Assembly (NCBI RefSeq): GCF_028369105.1
Contig: NZ_JAQNDO010000001.1
Coordinates: 2,099,711-2,163,710, forward strand
From: Polyangium mundeleinium
Lineage (GTDB): Bacteria > Myxococcota_A > Polyangia > Polyangiales > Polyangiaceae
Length of the DNA stretch: 64,000 nucleotides
Direction: 5' to 3'
Part shown: positions 49,209 through 59,329 of the stretch, in pieces
Numbering within the stretch: position 1 is the first letter of the stretch
Layout: every line of letters begins with the position of its first letter
The notes under the pieces: model-generated
The model's database searches: none
The model's input: only the letters and a program-made list of their open reading frames with translations
What the model was told of the DNA's origin: nothing
Made by a program: the position numbers and the translations under genes

Positions 49209-51917
49209 ATGAAATCCCCTCGCTCGCTCCTCGCGCTCCTCGCCACGACCGTCGCTTGCAGTGCTGCTCCGCCGCCCCCCGCGCCGCCGCCGGAGCCCCC
49301 CGCCGCCGCCAAACCCCAGGCCGCCGCGCCCGCGCCCGACCTCCCCGCGCCTCCGACCGGCTTGCGCCTCCCGCGTGCCGCGCATCCGCTTCGTTATGCC
49401 GCGACGCTCGCCCTCGTCCCAGGCGACGACGTCCTCCGCGGCGAAATCACCATCGACCTGAGCCTCGCCGAGCCCACGCGCGTCATCTGGCTCCACGCCG
49501 AGCGCCTCACCGTCGAGGAAGCGCGCATCGAGGCCGCGGCCAAGCACCTCCCGCTCCGCGTCGTGCCCACGGAAGGCGACCTCGTTGGATTCGCGCTCGA
49601 CACCCCGGCGCCGGCCGGCTCGGCGCGCCTCGTCGTCAAATACCGCGGCGCGATATCGTCCCTCGACGATCACGGCGCCTTCCGCGAGGAGGCCGACGGC
49701 GTTTCGTACATCTTCTCCCATTTCGAGGCCACGGCCGCGCGCCGCGTCTTTCCTTGCATCGACGACCCGGGCGTGAAGGTCCCCTGGCAAATCTCGCTCC
49801 GCGTCCGCGAGACCGACGTCGCCCTCTCGAATACGCCGGCGCTCGGCGAGACCAAGGAGCCGGGCGGCATGAAGCTCGTCCGTTTTGCGCCCACGCAGCC
49901 CTTGCCGAGTTACCTCGTCGCATTCGCGGTCGGGCCCTTCGACCTCGTTGATGCGGGGACGGCCGGGAAAAACAAGATCCCGGTCCGCTTCGCCGTCCCC
50001 CGCGGCACCGCCGGCAAAACCTCGTTTGCGGCCAAGACCACGCCGCCGCTGCTCGGCATGCTCGAAGAGTACCTCGGATCGGCCTATCCGTACGAAAAGC
50101 TCGACGTCGTCGCCGTCCCGCGCCTCGCCTCGTTCGGCGCCATGGAAAACCCGGGGCTCATCACGTATGGCGCCCGCGGCTCGCTCGCGGCGCCGGCCGA
50201 CGAGACGCCGATGTTCCGGCGCGGCTTCACCGCCACCATGGCCCACGAGCTCGCCCATCAATGGTTCGGCAACCTCGTCACCATGGACTACTGGGAGGAC
50301 ATCTGGCTCAACGAGGCCTTCGCCACCTGGATGGGCAGCAAGGCCGTCGAGCGTTTTGCCCCGTCCTGGCACGAGGACATCCGCCGCGTCGCCTCGGCCT
50401 CGTACGCCATGGGCGAGGACGGCCTGCTCAGCGCGCGCAAAATCCGGCAGGAGATCCGCACCCAGGACGACATCGCCAATGCCTTCGACAGCATCACCTA
50501 CCAGAAAGGCGCGGCCGTCCTCCGCATGTTCGAGGCGTACGTCGGCCCCGAGAAGTTCCAGCGCGGCGTCCGCCGGTACCTCGACGAGCACGCCCACGGC
50601 AATGCAAAAGCGGCCGATTTCCTGAGCGCGCTCTCCGCCGAAACCGGCCCCGAGATCGGACCCGCGTTCGCCACGTTCCTCGATCAGCCCGGCGTCCCGC
50701 TCGTCAAGGCCGAGCTCTCCTGCGAGAAGGGCAAACCCCCCACCGTAAAACTCTCGCAATCGCGCTGGCTCCCGGCCGGATCCGCGGGCGCGGCCGAATC
50801 GACCTGGCAGATCCCGGTTTGTCTCCGGTATGGAACCGGCCCCGAGGCGCGCGCCTGCACGCTGCTCACCACGAAGACGGCCGAGCTCCCGCTCGACAAG
50901 GCGAAATCGTGCCCCGCGGCGTTTGCCCTGAAAGACGCCGGCGTCGGTTATTATCACGTCGACCTCGGCAAGGACGCCCTCGCGCGCCTCCTCGGCAAGC
51001 AAGGAAAATTCCTCGGGTTGCCCGAGCGCCTCGCCCTCCTCGACGACGCCTCGGCCCTCGTCGAGAGCGGCGCCCTCGGCCCCGGCGACGTGCTCTCCCT
51101 CGTCCCGAACGTCGTCGCCGAGCCGGAGCCTTACCTCGAACGAGGCGCCGCCACGCTCGTCGACCGCGTCCGCGACGTGCACATCCCTGCCGACCTCCGG
51201 CCGCGCTTCGCGAATTTCGTCACCCGCACCTTCGGCAAGCGCGCCCGCGCCCTCGGGCTCCTCCCGAAGCCCGGCGAGGACGAGGCCACCACGCTCCTCC
51301 GCCCCCTCCTCGTCTCGCTCGTCGCCGATCGCGGCGAGGATCCGGCCCTGCTCACCGAGATCCGCGCCCTCACCACGCGTTTCCTTGCCGACCCGGGCGC
51401 GGCCCCGCTCGACATCGCCGGCCCTGCGCTCGCCCTCGCGGCGCGGCACGGCGGCGATCGGGCGCTCCTCGATCGATTGCGCGAGACCGTCAAGAAAGAA
51501 CGCGACGAGCGCCGCCGCGGCGTCTTCCTCGAAGCGCTCTCGAGCTTCCGGGATCACGCCCTCGTCGACGAATCGCTCGCGCTCGTGCTCGACGGCGGCT
51601 TCGATCCGCGCGAAGCCGTGTGGCTCCTCGGCCAGGACGAGCGAATGCTCGATCGATCCCTCGGATACGTCGAAAAGAACTGGAGCACCCTCGTCGCGCG
51701 TATGCCGAGCGAGACGCTCGGCTACCTCCCCCTCCTGTTCCAGGGCGCCTGCGACGACACGAGCCGCGCCGCCGTCGCGCGTGTCTTCGAGGGACGCGCC
51801 TCCGAGATCGTCGGCGCTCCGCGATCCCTCGCGCAGTCCCTCGAGGCGATCTCGCTTTGCGTGGCCCAGCGGCAGAGGCTCGAACCGAGCCTCCGGGCAT
51901 TTCTCCAGAAATACTAG
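49209..51917 (+). CDS. pepN: M1-family aminopeptidase N lipoprotein
   Basis: Lipobox LATTVACSA. GAMEN exopeptidase motif. Zinc site HELAHQWFGN with a downstream E in WLNEAF. Confidence 0.9.
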   Translation: MKSPRSLLALLATTVACSAAPPPPAPPPEPPAAAKPQAAAPAPDLPAPPTGLRLPRAAHPLRYAATLALVPGDDVLRGEITIDLSLAEPTRVIWLHAERLTVEEARIEAAAKHLPLRVVPTEGDLVGFALDTPAPAGSARLVVKYRGAISSLDDHGAFREEADGVSYIFSHFEATAARRVFPCIDDPGVKVPWQISLRVRETDVALSNTPALGETKEPGGMKLVRFAPTQPLPSYLVAFAVGPFDLVDAGTAGKNKIPVRFAVPRGTAGKTSFAAKTTPPLLGMLEEYLGSAYPYEKLDVVAVPRLASFGAMENPGLITYGARGSLAAPADETPMFRRGFTATMAHELAHQWFGNLVTMDYWEDIWLNEAFATWMGSKAVERFAPSWHEDIRRVASASYAMGEDGLLSARKIRQEIRTQDDIANAFDSITYQKGAAVLRMFEAYVGPEKFQRGVRRYLDEHAHGNAKAADFLSALSAETGPEIGPAFATFLDQPGVPLVKAELSCEKGKPPTVKLSQSRWLPAGSAGAAESTWQIPVCLRYGTGPEARACTLLTTKTAELPLDKAKSCPAAFALKDAGVGYYHVDLGKDALARLLGKQGKFLGLPERLALLDDASALVESGALGPGDVLSLVPNVVAEPEPYLERGAATLVDRVRDVHIPADLRPRFANFVTRTFGKRARALGLLPKPGEDEATTLLRPLLVSLVADRGEDPALLTEIRALTTRFLADPGAAPLDIAGPALALAARHGGDRALLDRLRETVKKERDERRRGVFLEALSSFRDHALVDESLALVLDGGFDPREAVWLLGQDERMLDRSLGYVEKNWSTLVARMPSETLGYLPLLFQGACDDTSRAAVARVFEGRASEIVGAPRSLAQSLEAISLCVAQRQRLEPSLRAFLQKY

Positions 51918-51946
51918 CCCGGCCGGTTTTGGGCGAGACCGGACGG

Positions 51947-51962
51947 CGGCACCCGGCTTGCT
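51947..51962 (+). promoter_or_regulatory. Sigma54-type promoter candidate (cGGCAC-N5-TTGCt) upstream of the lipoprotein gene at 51987
   Basis: GG at 51948-49 and GC at 51960-61 with exact 10-nt spacing. RBS GGGAGGAGG follows at 51973-51981. Confidence 0.4.
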
Positions 51963-51986
51963 GGGGAGCGGCGGGAGGAGGTATTC

Positions 51987-52826
51987 GTGTCACCCCACCG
52001 CACCCTTGTTGCTGCCTCTCTTGCCATTACGCCTCTTTTTGCAGGATGTCTCGGCTCCGACGCTTCCGAGGCACCTGAGGCCACGGCAGAGCACGAAGCC
52101 GATATCTCCTACGCGACCTATTACACGGCCCGGCAGGATCTTCGCCGCTGTGCATATCCCCTTTGCGGGGGAATCTACGTCTCCGCCGTCAATCGGGACC
52201 GGACGGTCTGCGCCGACGGCACCGTCGCCGAGGAGTGTTACGTCGCTGATATCAAGTTCTCCAGCCTCCTCCAGCTCGCCGAAGTCGAGGGCACGATCCG
52301 CGAGGCCATCGGGGAGCGGCGAGAATCGACGCGCGCCGTCCTTTTTGGGGATCTCTCCCCGGGCCAGAGCGGCCTCGGCACGCTCACGCTCCGGTTTGCC
52401 TGGGTCGCCCTCGAGACGGCCGAGCTCCGCGGCGAGTTCCATCGTGTATGGCACAACGGCGTCGTCTGCGTCGCCGCGCCCTGCCCGAGCTTCGACCAGG
52501 AGTACCTGAACGACGGCATCCCGCGGACGATCCACGAGGTCGAGCTCAAAGAGGTCCCCGGCATTGGCCGGGACGATTTCGACTCCGGGCGCGCGCTCTT
52601 CTCGTCGCTCGGCATGATCCTGGCCGGCCAGAACGTCGTCATCGAGAACTACGGGCCGGCCGGGGACGCCACCGTCCTCCAGGCGACGCAGGGCTTCCTC
52701 CCGGTCATCATGCCGTCGATGCGCCGCGTCCGCCCGCCCGTCGACGACGGCCCGATCCTCGGACGCAGACCGGCAGGCGGCGGGGAGGGTGGCAGCGGCG
52801 GCATCCTGAACACGAACGTCGAGTAG
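51987..52826 (+). CDS. Lipoprotein, function unknown, Cys-containing
   Basis: GTG start after GGGAGGAGG. Lipobox LFAGCLGS. Confidence 0.65.
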   Translation: MSPHRTLVAASLAITPLFAGCLGSDASEAPEATAEHEADISYATYYTARQDLRRCAYPLCGGIYVSAVNRDRTVCADGTVAEECYVADIKFSSLLQLAEVEGTIREAIGERRESTRAVLFGDLSPGQSGLGTLTLRFAWVALETAELRGEFHRVWHNGVVCVAAPCPSFDQEYLNDGIPRTIHEVELKEVPGIGRDDFDSGRALFSSLGMILAGQNVVIENYGPAGDATVLQATQGFLPVIMPSMRRVRPPVDDGPILGRRPAGGGEGGSGGILNTNVE

Positions 52827-52873
52827 GGTCGATCATTGCAGCGCGCGCCCGGACGCGTCACGATCCCTTGGCC

Positions 52874-53089
52874 ATGGACATCGAATGGCGGACGGACGTG
52901 GAACCGGGCGCGCGGCGCGTGATCGAGTCGCTCGTCGCTTCGCAACGCACCCTCGAAGACGTGGTCCGCTGGGGCCTCGCGCTCACGCCGCCGCGCCTCG
53001 TCGCGGACGTGGTCGTGCAGGACGAATACAACCACGACGTCGTCCTCGAACATCCGGCCGGCGTGTATCTCGTCTACGACACGACCTGA
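52874..53089 (+). CDS. Small hypothetical protein of 71 aa. The reading frame continues coding-like beyond an in-frame TGA, to 53265.
   Basis: High GC3 on both sides of the TGA at 53087-53089. Confidence 0.3.
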   Translation: MDIEWRTDVEPGARRVIESLVASQRTLEDVVRWGLALTPPRLVADVVVQDEYNHDVVLEHPAGVYLVYDTT

Positions 53090-53243
53090 CTGGGCGGCTT
53101 GACGGCGGTCGCCGTCTGGGATCACAAGCCGACCGCGGCGGAGATGCTCGAAGCGCGCCTCGCGCGTGGCTGGACCCCCACGCCCACGGCCACGCGGGAG
53201 GGGCCGGTCGTCCTCGGCTACGCCGCCTGCGCAATCTCGCGCG

Positions 53244-56200
53244 CTAACTCGCCAGCCACGTGAGCACGGCGCTCTCGCCGAATTGCTCCCGCGCCAGGCG
53301 GGCGGCCTGCGCGTTTGCCGGCACGTCGCGCAGGAGCCGGGGTTGTCCTTCCGGATCCCGCACATCCGCGAGCTCACGCCCGAGCAGCCGCAGCGCCGCG
53401 CGGAGCTCCCCTTCGAACGCGTCGATGTCGCCCGCCGCGCGCAGCGCCTCGGCCGCCGCCATCCGCAAATCCACCTCGCCCGCGCCGAGGCCGCCGGCGG
53501 CCCGCATCTCCCCGAGCGCCGCGCGCGCGAGCGCTTCGGCATCTGCCACTTGCCCGAGCCGCGAAAGCGCGCGAATCCGCGTCGCCGTGAGCGACAGCCG
53601 CCGCAGGCCCATGCGATCGATGAGCCCGAGCCCCTGATCCACCTCGGCGAGCGCCCGCGCGGCGTCCCCCTCCGCGAGCGACACCCGCGCCGCGATCCCC
53701 CACGCGATCCCCACGTCGAACGGCCCGATCCCCGCCTCCGCGGTGAGCGCCTCCGCGAGCGCGCGTGCCTCCTCGCGCGCCTCCTGCGTGGGCTGCTCGG
53801 CCAGGAACGCCGCGTGGAGCAGCCGCACCCCGGTCTTCGTGAGCGTATCGTCCAGCGCCGTCGCCTGCGCCTCCGCCTCCGCGAACCGCGCCTCGGCCTC
53901 GCCCAGCGCCCCGAGTGATCCGAGTGCCTCGCCGACGCGCGCCACGCAGAGCGCCCGCATCCGCGCGTCCCCCGCCGCTTCGAATGCGCGCGTCGCGTCC
54001 TCGATGACCTCCAGCAGCACGAGCGGCTCGTTTGTCGTCGTCCGACCGTACTCGTAGGCTGCGAGCCGCGCCCACCCGTGCGCGCTCGGATCCACCGCGC
54101 CCGCTCGCTCCAGCGTCTCGCGCATTCGATCGAGCGCCTTGTGCGACTCGCCTCGATCGAGCCGCATTGCGAGCAGACACAGCAGCCGCCCGAGGCACTC
54201 TGCATAGGCCCCTTGCGCCTCCAGCTCCGGCGTCACCGTGAGCAGCTCGTCGAGGTAGCCCGGGAACGCCTCGGCGTTCACCCCGAGCCCCGTCAGCGTG
54301 CAGACGAGCCCGAGCACCCGGCAGTGCCACGTCGAGCCCTTTGGCAAGAGCGGCAGCGCCTCGATCCCCATCAGGCACGCCTCGGCCCAGGCTGTGTTCC
54401 AGTACAGAATGCAGCACGCCATCCCGCGCACGAGCCCGAGCTCGGCCCCCTCCGCGCCGAGCGCCTCTGCCTTCGCCGCGTGCGCCCGCGTCCCTGCGAG
54501 GTCGTTCCGTTCGAACGCCTCGCGCGCCGCGCGCACGTGCAGCACCCGCGCGCGTGCCGCGTCGCCGCCGCGTTGCCAGTGCTCGGCGAGCACCTCCGCC
54601 TCGTGTTCGCCCGCGACCTCCAGGAACGCTGCCGCCCGCGCGTGCCCGAGCGCGAGCTCCTCCTCGCCGAGCAGCCCGTACGCCGCCTCGCGCACGAGCA
54701 CGTGCCGGAAGGCGTACTCCACGTCCCCCGCGAGCTTGCTCGTTCGTTGCTTCTCCAAGAGCTCCGCGCGCACCAGCGCCGCGAGCGCCTGATCCACGAA
54801 GGCCCCTTGCCCCTCCCGATCCATCAGCGCGAGCACGCCACCACGCCAGAACCGCGTCCCGAAAATGCTCGCCGCGACCAGCGCCCGCCGCGCGTCCGGC
54901 GCGAGCCGCCCGAGCCGCGCTTGCAGCATGGCCACGAGCGTCGCCGGCCGCTCCCCCTCCTCGCCCTCGGCTTGCGCCGCGCGCACGAGCTCCTCCACGA
55001 ACAGCGGATTGCCGGCGGCGCGCTCCACGATCCGCTCCACCACCCCCTCGCTCTCGTCCGGGCCCAGCGCCGCGCGCGCGAGCTCTTCCACGTCGCGACG
55101 AACGAGCGGCGACAGCAGGATCCGCTCGGCCCGATCGCCCCAGATGCGCGGGTACACGTCCTCCACGTCCGGCCGCGCCAGCGCCAGCACGAAGAGCGGC
55201 TGATCCGAGAGCTCCACGAGCGCGCGCTCCACGAGACGCACGCTCCGCGCGTCGGCGTGGTGCACGTCCTCGAGCGCCAGCACCACCGGCCCCGCGGCGC
55301 AGGCGGCGCGCACGTACTCCAGGAACGTCTGCTCGATCTGCGCCCGCGCGATTCGCCCATCCACGAAGCCCGACGCCACTTGCCGCTCGTTCGTCGTCCC
55401 GAGCTCCCGCGGCCCGCGCCCTCGCAGCGCGTCTGCGAGCATCGCGTAGGCCTTCGTCCCGAGCGGCTCGCTCCGACCGACGAGGAAAAGCACCTCCTCC
55501 TCGCGCGCCTCGATCCGCGCGTGCAGCTCCCCGAGGAGCCGCGACTTGCCCATGCCCGCCGGCGCGACCAGCACGACGGCCCTCGAAAGCGGCTCCTCCC
55601 GCGTCGCCTCGAACACCCGCAGCAGCAGGTCGAGCTCGCGCTTGCGCCCCACGAACGGCATGGTTTTTCCGAGCAGCGGCCGCGCCTCGTCCTGCCCCGT
55701 CCCGCCGCCGGTGAGCAGGAGCCGCCTGCCCTCGCGTATCGTCTCGAAGCGACCTCCGAAGAGCCCCGCCGTGACCACGTCGACGAGCACCACCCCGCGC
55801 GGCGCGTCCTCTTCGTGAAGCGCCTCCACCGCGCGATCCACCGCTTCCCCGACCGGCTGCTCGCCCGACACGAACCCGGGCCCCGTCGTGAGCGCGATCG
55901 TCGCCTCCGGGGCGGCCGCCTTCACCGCGAGCGCCGCGCGCGCCGCCGCCGCTGCTTGATCCGTCGCGTCCCCGCCGAACCGCGCGAACGCCGCCACGAT
56001 CCACCCCTCCGGCTGCCACCCCTGCGAAAAGGCCCCGTTTCGCAGCAGGATCCGCGCGAGCTCCTCGCGCGGCGCCCCCGCGGGCGGCGCGAGCACGAGC
56101 ACGCTGACGAGCTCCTGCAAATCCCGCGCGACGGCCGGCGAGAACGCCCCTTTGCGCGCGCCGAGCTCGAACAACGCCGGCAGCTCGTCGAGCAGGTCCG

Positions 56201-57008
56201 ACACGCTCGCCGGGCGTTTGTCCGCGTCCTTCTGCAAGAGGCTCCGCACGAGCGCCGCCACGGCCGGCGGCACCCCGGGCCGGAGCGGCAGGAGGTCGGG
56301 CGCCTCCTCGCTCAGGACCTTCGACATCACCAGCACCGGATCCGCCGCCACGAACGGCGGCCGACCGGCCAGGCACTCGAACAGGATGCAGCCGAGCGAA
56401 AACATGTCCGAGGCCGGGCCGATCGGCTGCTCGCTGCCCACCTGCTCCGGCGACATGTATTCGGGTGTCCCGATCGATCGACCCGTCGCGGTGATGCCCG
56501 TCGGCGGCCCCATCGATCGCGCGATGCCGAGGTCCACGATCGTCGCCTGATCGATGTCTCCTCCGCGCAAGAGCACGTTCGAGGGTTTGAGGTCCCGGTG
56601 CACGACGCGGCGTGCGTGCAGCGCGGCGAGCCCTTCCGTGATGCGCCGCAGCAGCAGGAGCGCCTCGCGGGTCGACAGCGGCCCGCGCGCCAGCCGTTTT
56701 GCGAGGTCCTCGCCCTCCAGCCATTGCATCGCCAGGAAATGCGCGCCCTCTTCGCTCTGTCCGTGCGCCACGTACGACACGACACGCGGATGGCGGATCT
56801 CGGACAGAATTCGTGCTTCCCGGGCGAAGCGCTCCGTATCGAGCGACGTCGCGTCCGTATGCAGGAGCTTCAGCGCGACTTCTTCTCCGGTCTCCTGATC
56901 GCGGGCGCGGTAGACTTCGCCCATGCCGCCGCGGCCGGCGAGCGAGCGGATCAGAAACCGCCGCGCGACCAGCGTTCCGTCGGGCAGGGGCTTGGTCCTC
57001 GGGGCCAT
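53244..57008 (-). CDS. Giant Ser/Thr protein kinase with an AAA/NB-ARC-like ATPase and a TPR-like helical-repeat C-terminus
   Basis: Kinase motifs GRGGMGEVYRA, VALK, HRDLKPSNVLL, DLGIAR and TPEYMSPEQ. Walker A APAGMGKSRLL. Long helical repeats. Confidence 0.9.
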   Translation of the reverse strand: MAPRTKPLPDGTLVARRFLIRSLAGRGGMGEVYRARDQETGEEVALKLLHTDATSLDTERFAREARILSEIRHPRVVSYVAHGQSEEGAHFLAMQWLEGEDLAKRLARGPLSTREALLLLRRITEGLAALHARRVVHRDLKPSNVLLRGGDIDQATIVDLGIARSMGPPTGITATGRSIGTPEYMSPEQVGSEQPIGPASDMFSLGCILFECLAGRPPFVAADPVLVMSKVLSEEAPDLLPLRPGVPPAVAALVRSLLQKDADKRPASVSDLLDELPALFELGARKGAFSPAVARDLQELVSVLVLAPPAGAPREELARILLRNGAFSQGWQPEGWIVAAFARFGGDATDQAAAAARAALAVKAAAPEATIALTTGPGFVSGEQPVGEAVDRAVEALHEEDAPRGVVLVDVVTAGLFGGRFETIREGRRLLLTGGGTGQDEARPLLGKTMPFVGRKRELDLLLRVFEATREEPLSRAVVLVAPAGMGKSRLLGELHARIEAREEEVLFLVGRSEPLGTKAYAMLADALRGRGPRELGTTNERQVASGFVDGRIARAQIEQTFLEYVRAACAAGPVVLALEDVHHADARSVRLVERALVELSDQPLFVLALARPDVEDVYPRIWGDRAERILLSPLVRRDVEELARAALGPDESEGVVERIVERAAGNPLFVEELVRAAQAEGEEGERPATLVAMLQARLGRLAPDARRALVAASIFGTRFWRGGVLALMDREGQGAFVDQALAALVRAELLEKQRTSKLAGDVEYAFRHVLVREAAYGLLGEEELALGHARAAAFLEVAGEHEAEVLAEHWQRGGDAARARVLHVRAAREAFERNDLAGTRAHAAKAEALGAEGAELGLVRGMACCILYWNTAWAEACLMGIEALPLLPKGSTWHCRVLGLVCTLTGLGVNAEAFPGYLDELLTVTPELEAQGAYAECLGRLLCLLAMRLDRGESHKALDRMRETLERAGAVDPSAHGWARLAAYEYGRTTTNEPLVLLEVIEDATRAFEAAGDARMRALCVARVGEALGSLGALGEAEARFAEAEAQATALDDTLTKTGVRLLHAAFLAEQPTQEAREEARALAEALTAEAGIGPFDVGIAWGIAARVSLAEGDAARALAEVDQGLGLIDRMGLRRLSLTATRIRALSRLGQVADAEALARAALGEMRAAGGLGAGEVDLRMAAAEALRAAGDIDAFEGELRAALRLLGRELADVRDPEGQPRLLRDVPANAQAARLAREQFGESAVLTWLAS

Positions 57009-57116
57009 GCGCGCCCATTGGTTTCATACCCGGGCGCGCCTGCTGTCAAGCGCTTCGCCGCAGCGCGTCGGCCGTTGACACTTGCGAGAGCGCCGAAGCT
57101 TTGAGAAATGTAGTGC

Positions 57117-57662
57117 GTGTCGTGCCCCAAGATCATCACCGACCGCCTTGAGATGGTCCCCATGACCGTGAAGGTCGTCGAGGCCGTGTTCGATGGGCGC
57201 CGCGCGGAAACCGAAGCGCTCCTCGGGGCGAAGATGCCCGCCGCGTGGCCGGGCCGCGCGCTCGTCGAGCGTGCGTTCCTCGCGCGGATCGACGCTGTGC
57301 GCGCCGATCCGGACCATCGGCTGTGGGGGGATCGCGTGGCCCTCTCGCGTGAGCCTTCGCCGCGGGTCATCGGCAGTGTGGTTTTTCATGGGGGACCGGA
57401 CGCCGAGGGCCTCGTCGAGGTCGCGTACGGCATCGAAGAAGAATCGCAGCGACAGGGCTACGGCTTCGAGGCCGTGGGTGCGTCCGTGGCGTGGGCGCTC
57501 GCCGAGCCGCGCGTCCGCGCCGTCCGGGCCTCGACGTTCACCTGGCACCTCGCGTCCCGCCGCATCCTCGAGAAGCTCGGCTTCTGCGTCGTCGCCACGG
57601 AGGACGACCTCCTCGGCGAAATGCTCAAGTACCAGGTCGATCCGAGCGCGTTCCGCCGGTAG
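57117..57662 (+). CDS. GNAT-family N-acetyltransferase
   Basis: Acetyl-CoA motif QRQGYGFEAV and a RimJ/L-like layout. Confidence 0.85.
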   Translation: MSCPKIITDRLEMVPMTVKVVEAVFDGRRAETEALLGAKMPAAWPGRALVERAFLARIDAVRADPDHRLWGDRVALSREPSPRVIGSVVFHGGPDAEGLVEVAYGIEEESQRQGYGFEAVGASVAWALAEPRVRAVRASTFTWHLASRRILEKLGFCVVATEDDLLGEMLKYQVDPSAFRR

Positions 57663-57724
57663 CCGCCTCCGCGCTGGTTTTCCTCGGCAGCCTTCCTGTA
57701 AGCTCCCCTCGGAGCACCGCGTTC

Positions 57725-59302
57725 ATGCCGAACGACATGGGAATTTGCAATCCGAGGCGCAGGGGGCTCGTCGCGTTCCTCGTCGGGCTGGGCACCACGA
57801 CCGCGACCGCGCCTTGCGCGTGGGCCCAGGAAGCCGCGGCCTCTACGCCCGAGCAGGCGCCGCCGCCGATCGACGCTCCCCTGGAGGTCCCGCCGCCGCC
57901 CCCCGAGGTCGCCACGGACATCCCGCCGCCGCCTCCGCCACCGCCGTACGTGCCGCCGCCGTACGTGCCGCCGCCGCTGCCGCCCAAGCCGAGCCGCTGG
58001 TATTTCCTGCACCCGGGCGTCTTCCCCGAGGCCGACCTCTTCGCCGGCGTCGCCCAGCTCGGGCTCCTCACGCCTTCCGCGAAGGAGTTTTACGGCGGCG
58101 TGCAGGTGGGCCTCTTCGGCGCCGAGGCCCTGCACTTCACGGGCCTCGCGCAGGTCGGCCTTTTGAACACCAACGTCAAACTCACCTTCCGCGGCGGGGT
58201 CGAGTTCACGCTCGGCCGGAACCTCGTGCAGGACTTCTACGGCGGCGCGCAGATCGCCCTCTACCGCAACGTCGTCACCGACCTTTTCGTGGGCGTCGCG
58301 CAGTACGCCCTCGTCCGCAACGACACGCACCGCTTCCTCGGCCTCGCGCAGATCGGCACGCGCAACGGCACCAACGCGTTCATCGGCGCCTTGCAGCTCG
58401 GCGCTTACAACGTCATCGGCGCGGGCCTCGACTGGGAGGGCGGCGGCCCGCGTGGCGGCGGGTTCGTCGGCGCGCTCCAGCTCGGCGCGTACAACAAGAT
58501 CGACCACGGCCATTTCTCCGGCATCGCGCAGCTCGCCGCCGTCAATTCGGTCGAGGACGGCGACTTCCGCGGCGTCGCCCAGCTCGGCTTCTTGAACCTG
58601 GCCGACGAGCACTTCTACGGCGCGCTCCAGGTCGGCCTCTTGAATGGCGTCGACGAGGAGTTTTACGGCCTCGGCCAGCTCGGCGTCGTCAACATCGCCG
58701 GCGACGCGTTTTACGGGGTCTTCCAGGCCGGCGTCGCGAACATCCTCACCGACGAGGGCTTCCACGGCTTCGGCCAGTTTGGCCTCGGCGCGTACGTCGA
58801 CGAGAAGTTCGAGGGTGTCTTCCAGACGAGTGGCCTTTTCAACTACGTCGACGACTCCTTCTCGGGCGTCCTACAGCTCGGCGGCCTCTTCAACTTCGTC
58901 GACGACGACTTCCGGGGCGTCTTCCAGATCGGCGGCTTCAATGGCGTGCGCCAGGAGTTTTACGGCGTCTCGCAGATCGGCGTCCTCAACATGACCGGCG
59001 ACGACCAGTTCGGCGCGCAGCTCGGCTTCGTCAACCTCGTGAAGGACCACATCCACGGCCTCCAGGCCGGGTTTTTCTCGAGCGCCGAGGAGGTCACGGG
59101 CATGCAGCTCGGCGTCGTCAATTTCTCCGAACGCCTCACCGGCGCCACGATGGGCCTCTACAATCGTTCGAAGCACGTCCGCGGCGTCCAGATCGGCCTC
59201 ATCAACCAGACCGAGCGCCTCCGCGGCGTCCAGATCGGCCTCGTGAACCTCTCCAAGCACGGCGGGCTCCCCTTCTTCCCCGTGATGAACATCGGCCTCT
59301 GA
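57725..59302 (+). CDS. Secreted tandem-repeat protein: about 25 degenerate 16-19 aa repeats of the form [FY]xGxxQ[LIV]G[LIVF]xN, with a Pro-rich N-terminal linker
   Basis: Signal peptide, PPPPPPPPYVPPPYVPPP, then repeats such as FAGVAQLGLL, FYGGVQVGLF, FTGLAQVGLLN, FRGVAQLGFLN, ... ending VRGVQIGLINQTERLRGVQIGLVNLS. Confidence 0.8.
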   Translation: MPNDMGICNPRRRGLVAFLVGLGTTTATAPCAWAQEAAASTPEQAPPPIDAPLEVPPPPPEVATDIPPPPPPPPYVPPPYVPPPLPPKPSRWYFLHPGVFPEADLFAGVAQLGLLTPSAKEFYGGVQVGLFGAEALHFTGLAQVGLLNTNVKLTFRGGVEFTLGRNLVQDFYGGAQIALYRNVVTDLFVGVAQYALVRNDTHRFLGLAQIGTRNGTNAFIGALQLGAYNVIGAGLDWEGGGPRGGGFVGALQLGAYNKIDHGHFSGIAQLAAVNSVEDGDFRGVAQLGFLNLADEHFYGALQVGLLNGVDEEFYGLGQLGVVNIAGDAFYGVFQAGVANILTDEGFHGFGQFGLGAYVDEKFEGVFQTSGLFNYVDDSFSGVLQLGGLFNFVDDDFRGVFQIGGFNGVRQEFYGVSQIGVLNMTGDDQFGAQLGFVNLVKDHIHGLQAGFFSSAEEVTGMQLGVVNFSERLTGATMGLYNRSKHVRGVQIGLINQTERLRGVQIGLVNLSKHGGLPFFPVMNIGL

Positions 59303-59329
59303 CCCGACGGCCCGCTCGCGCTTGAACGG

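Noticed and set aside
49026-51557. 5' part of the 1160-aa minus-strand ORF 48075-51557
   Set aside because: Antisense to the strongly supported aminopeptidase N gene. Only the 3' 316 codons (Rpn-like) look genuine.
53087-53089. Selenocysteine interpretation of the in-frame TGA
   Set aside because: No Cys-adjacent redox motif and no obvious SECIS hairpin immediately downstream. A sequencing error or a genuine stop is more parsimonious.
52649-54205. 518-aa R-rich ORF on the minus strand
   Set aside because: Alternate frame of the 3' end of the giant Ser/Thr kinase gene, with extreme Arg content and no motifs.
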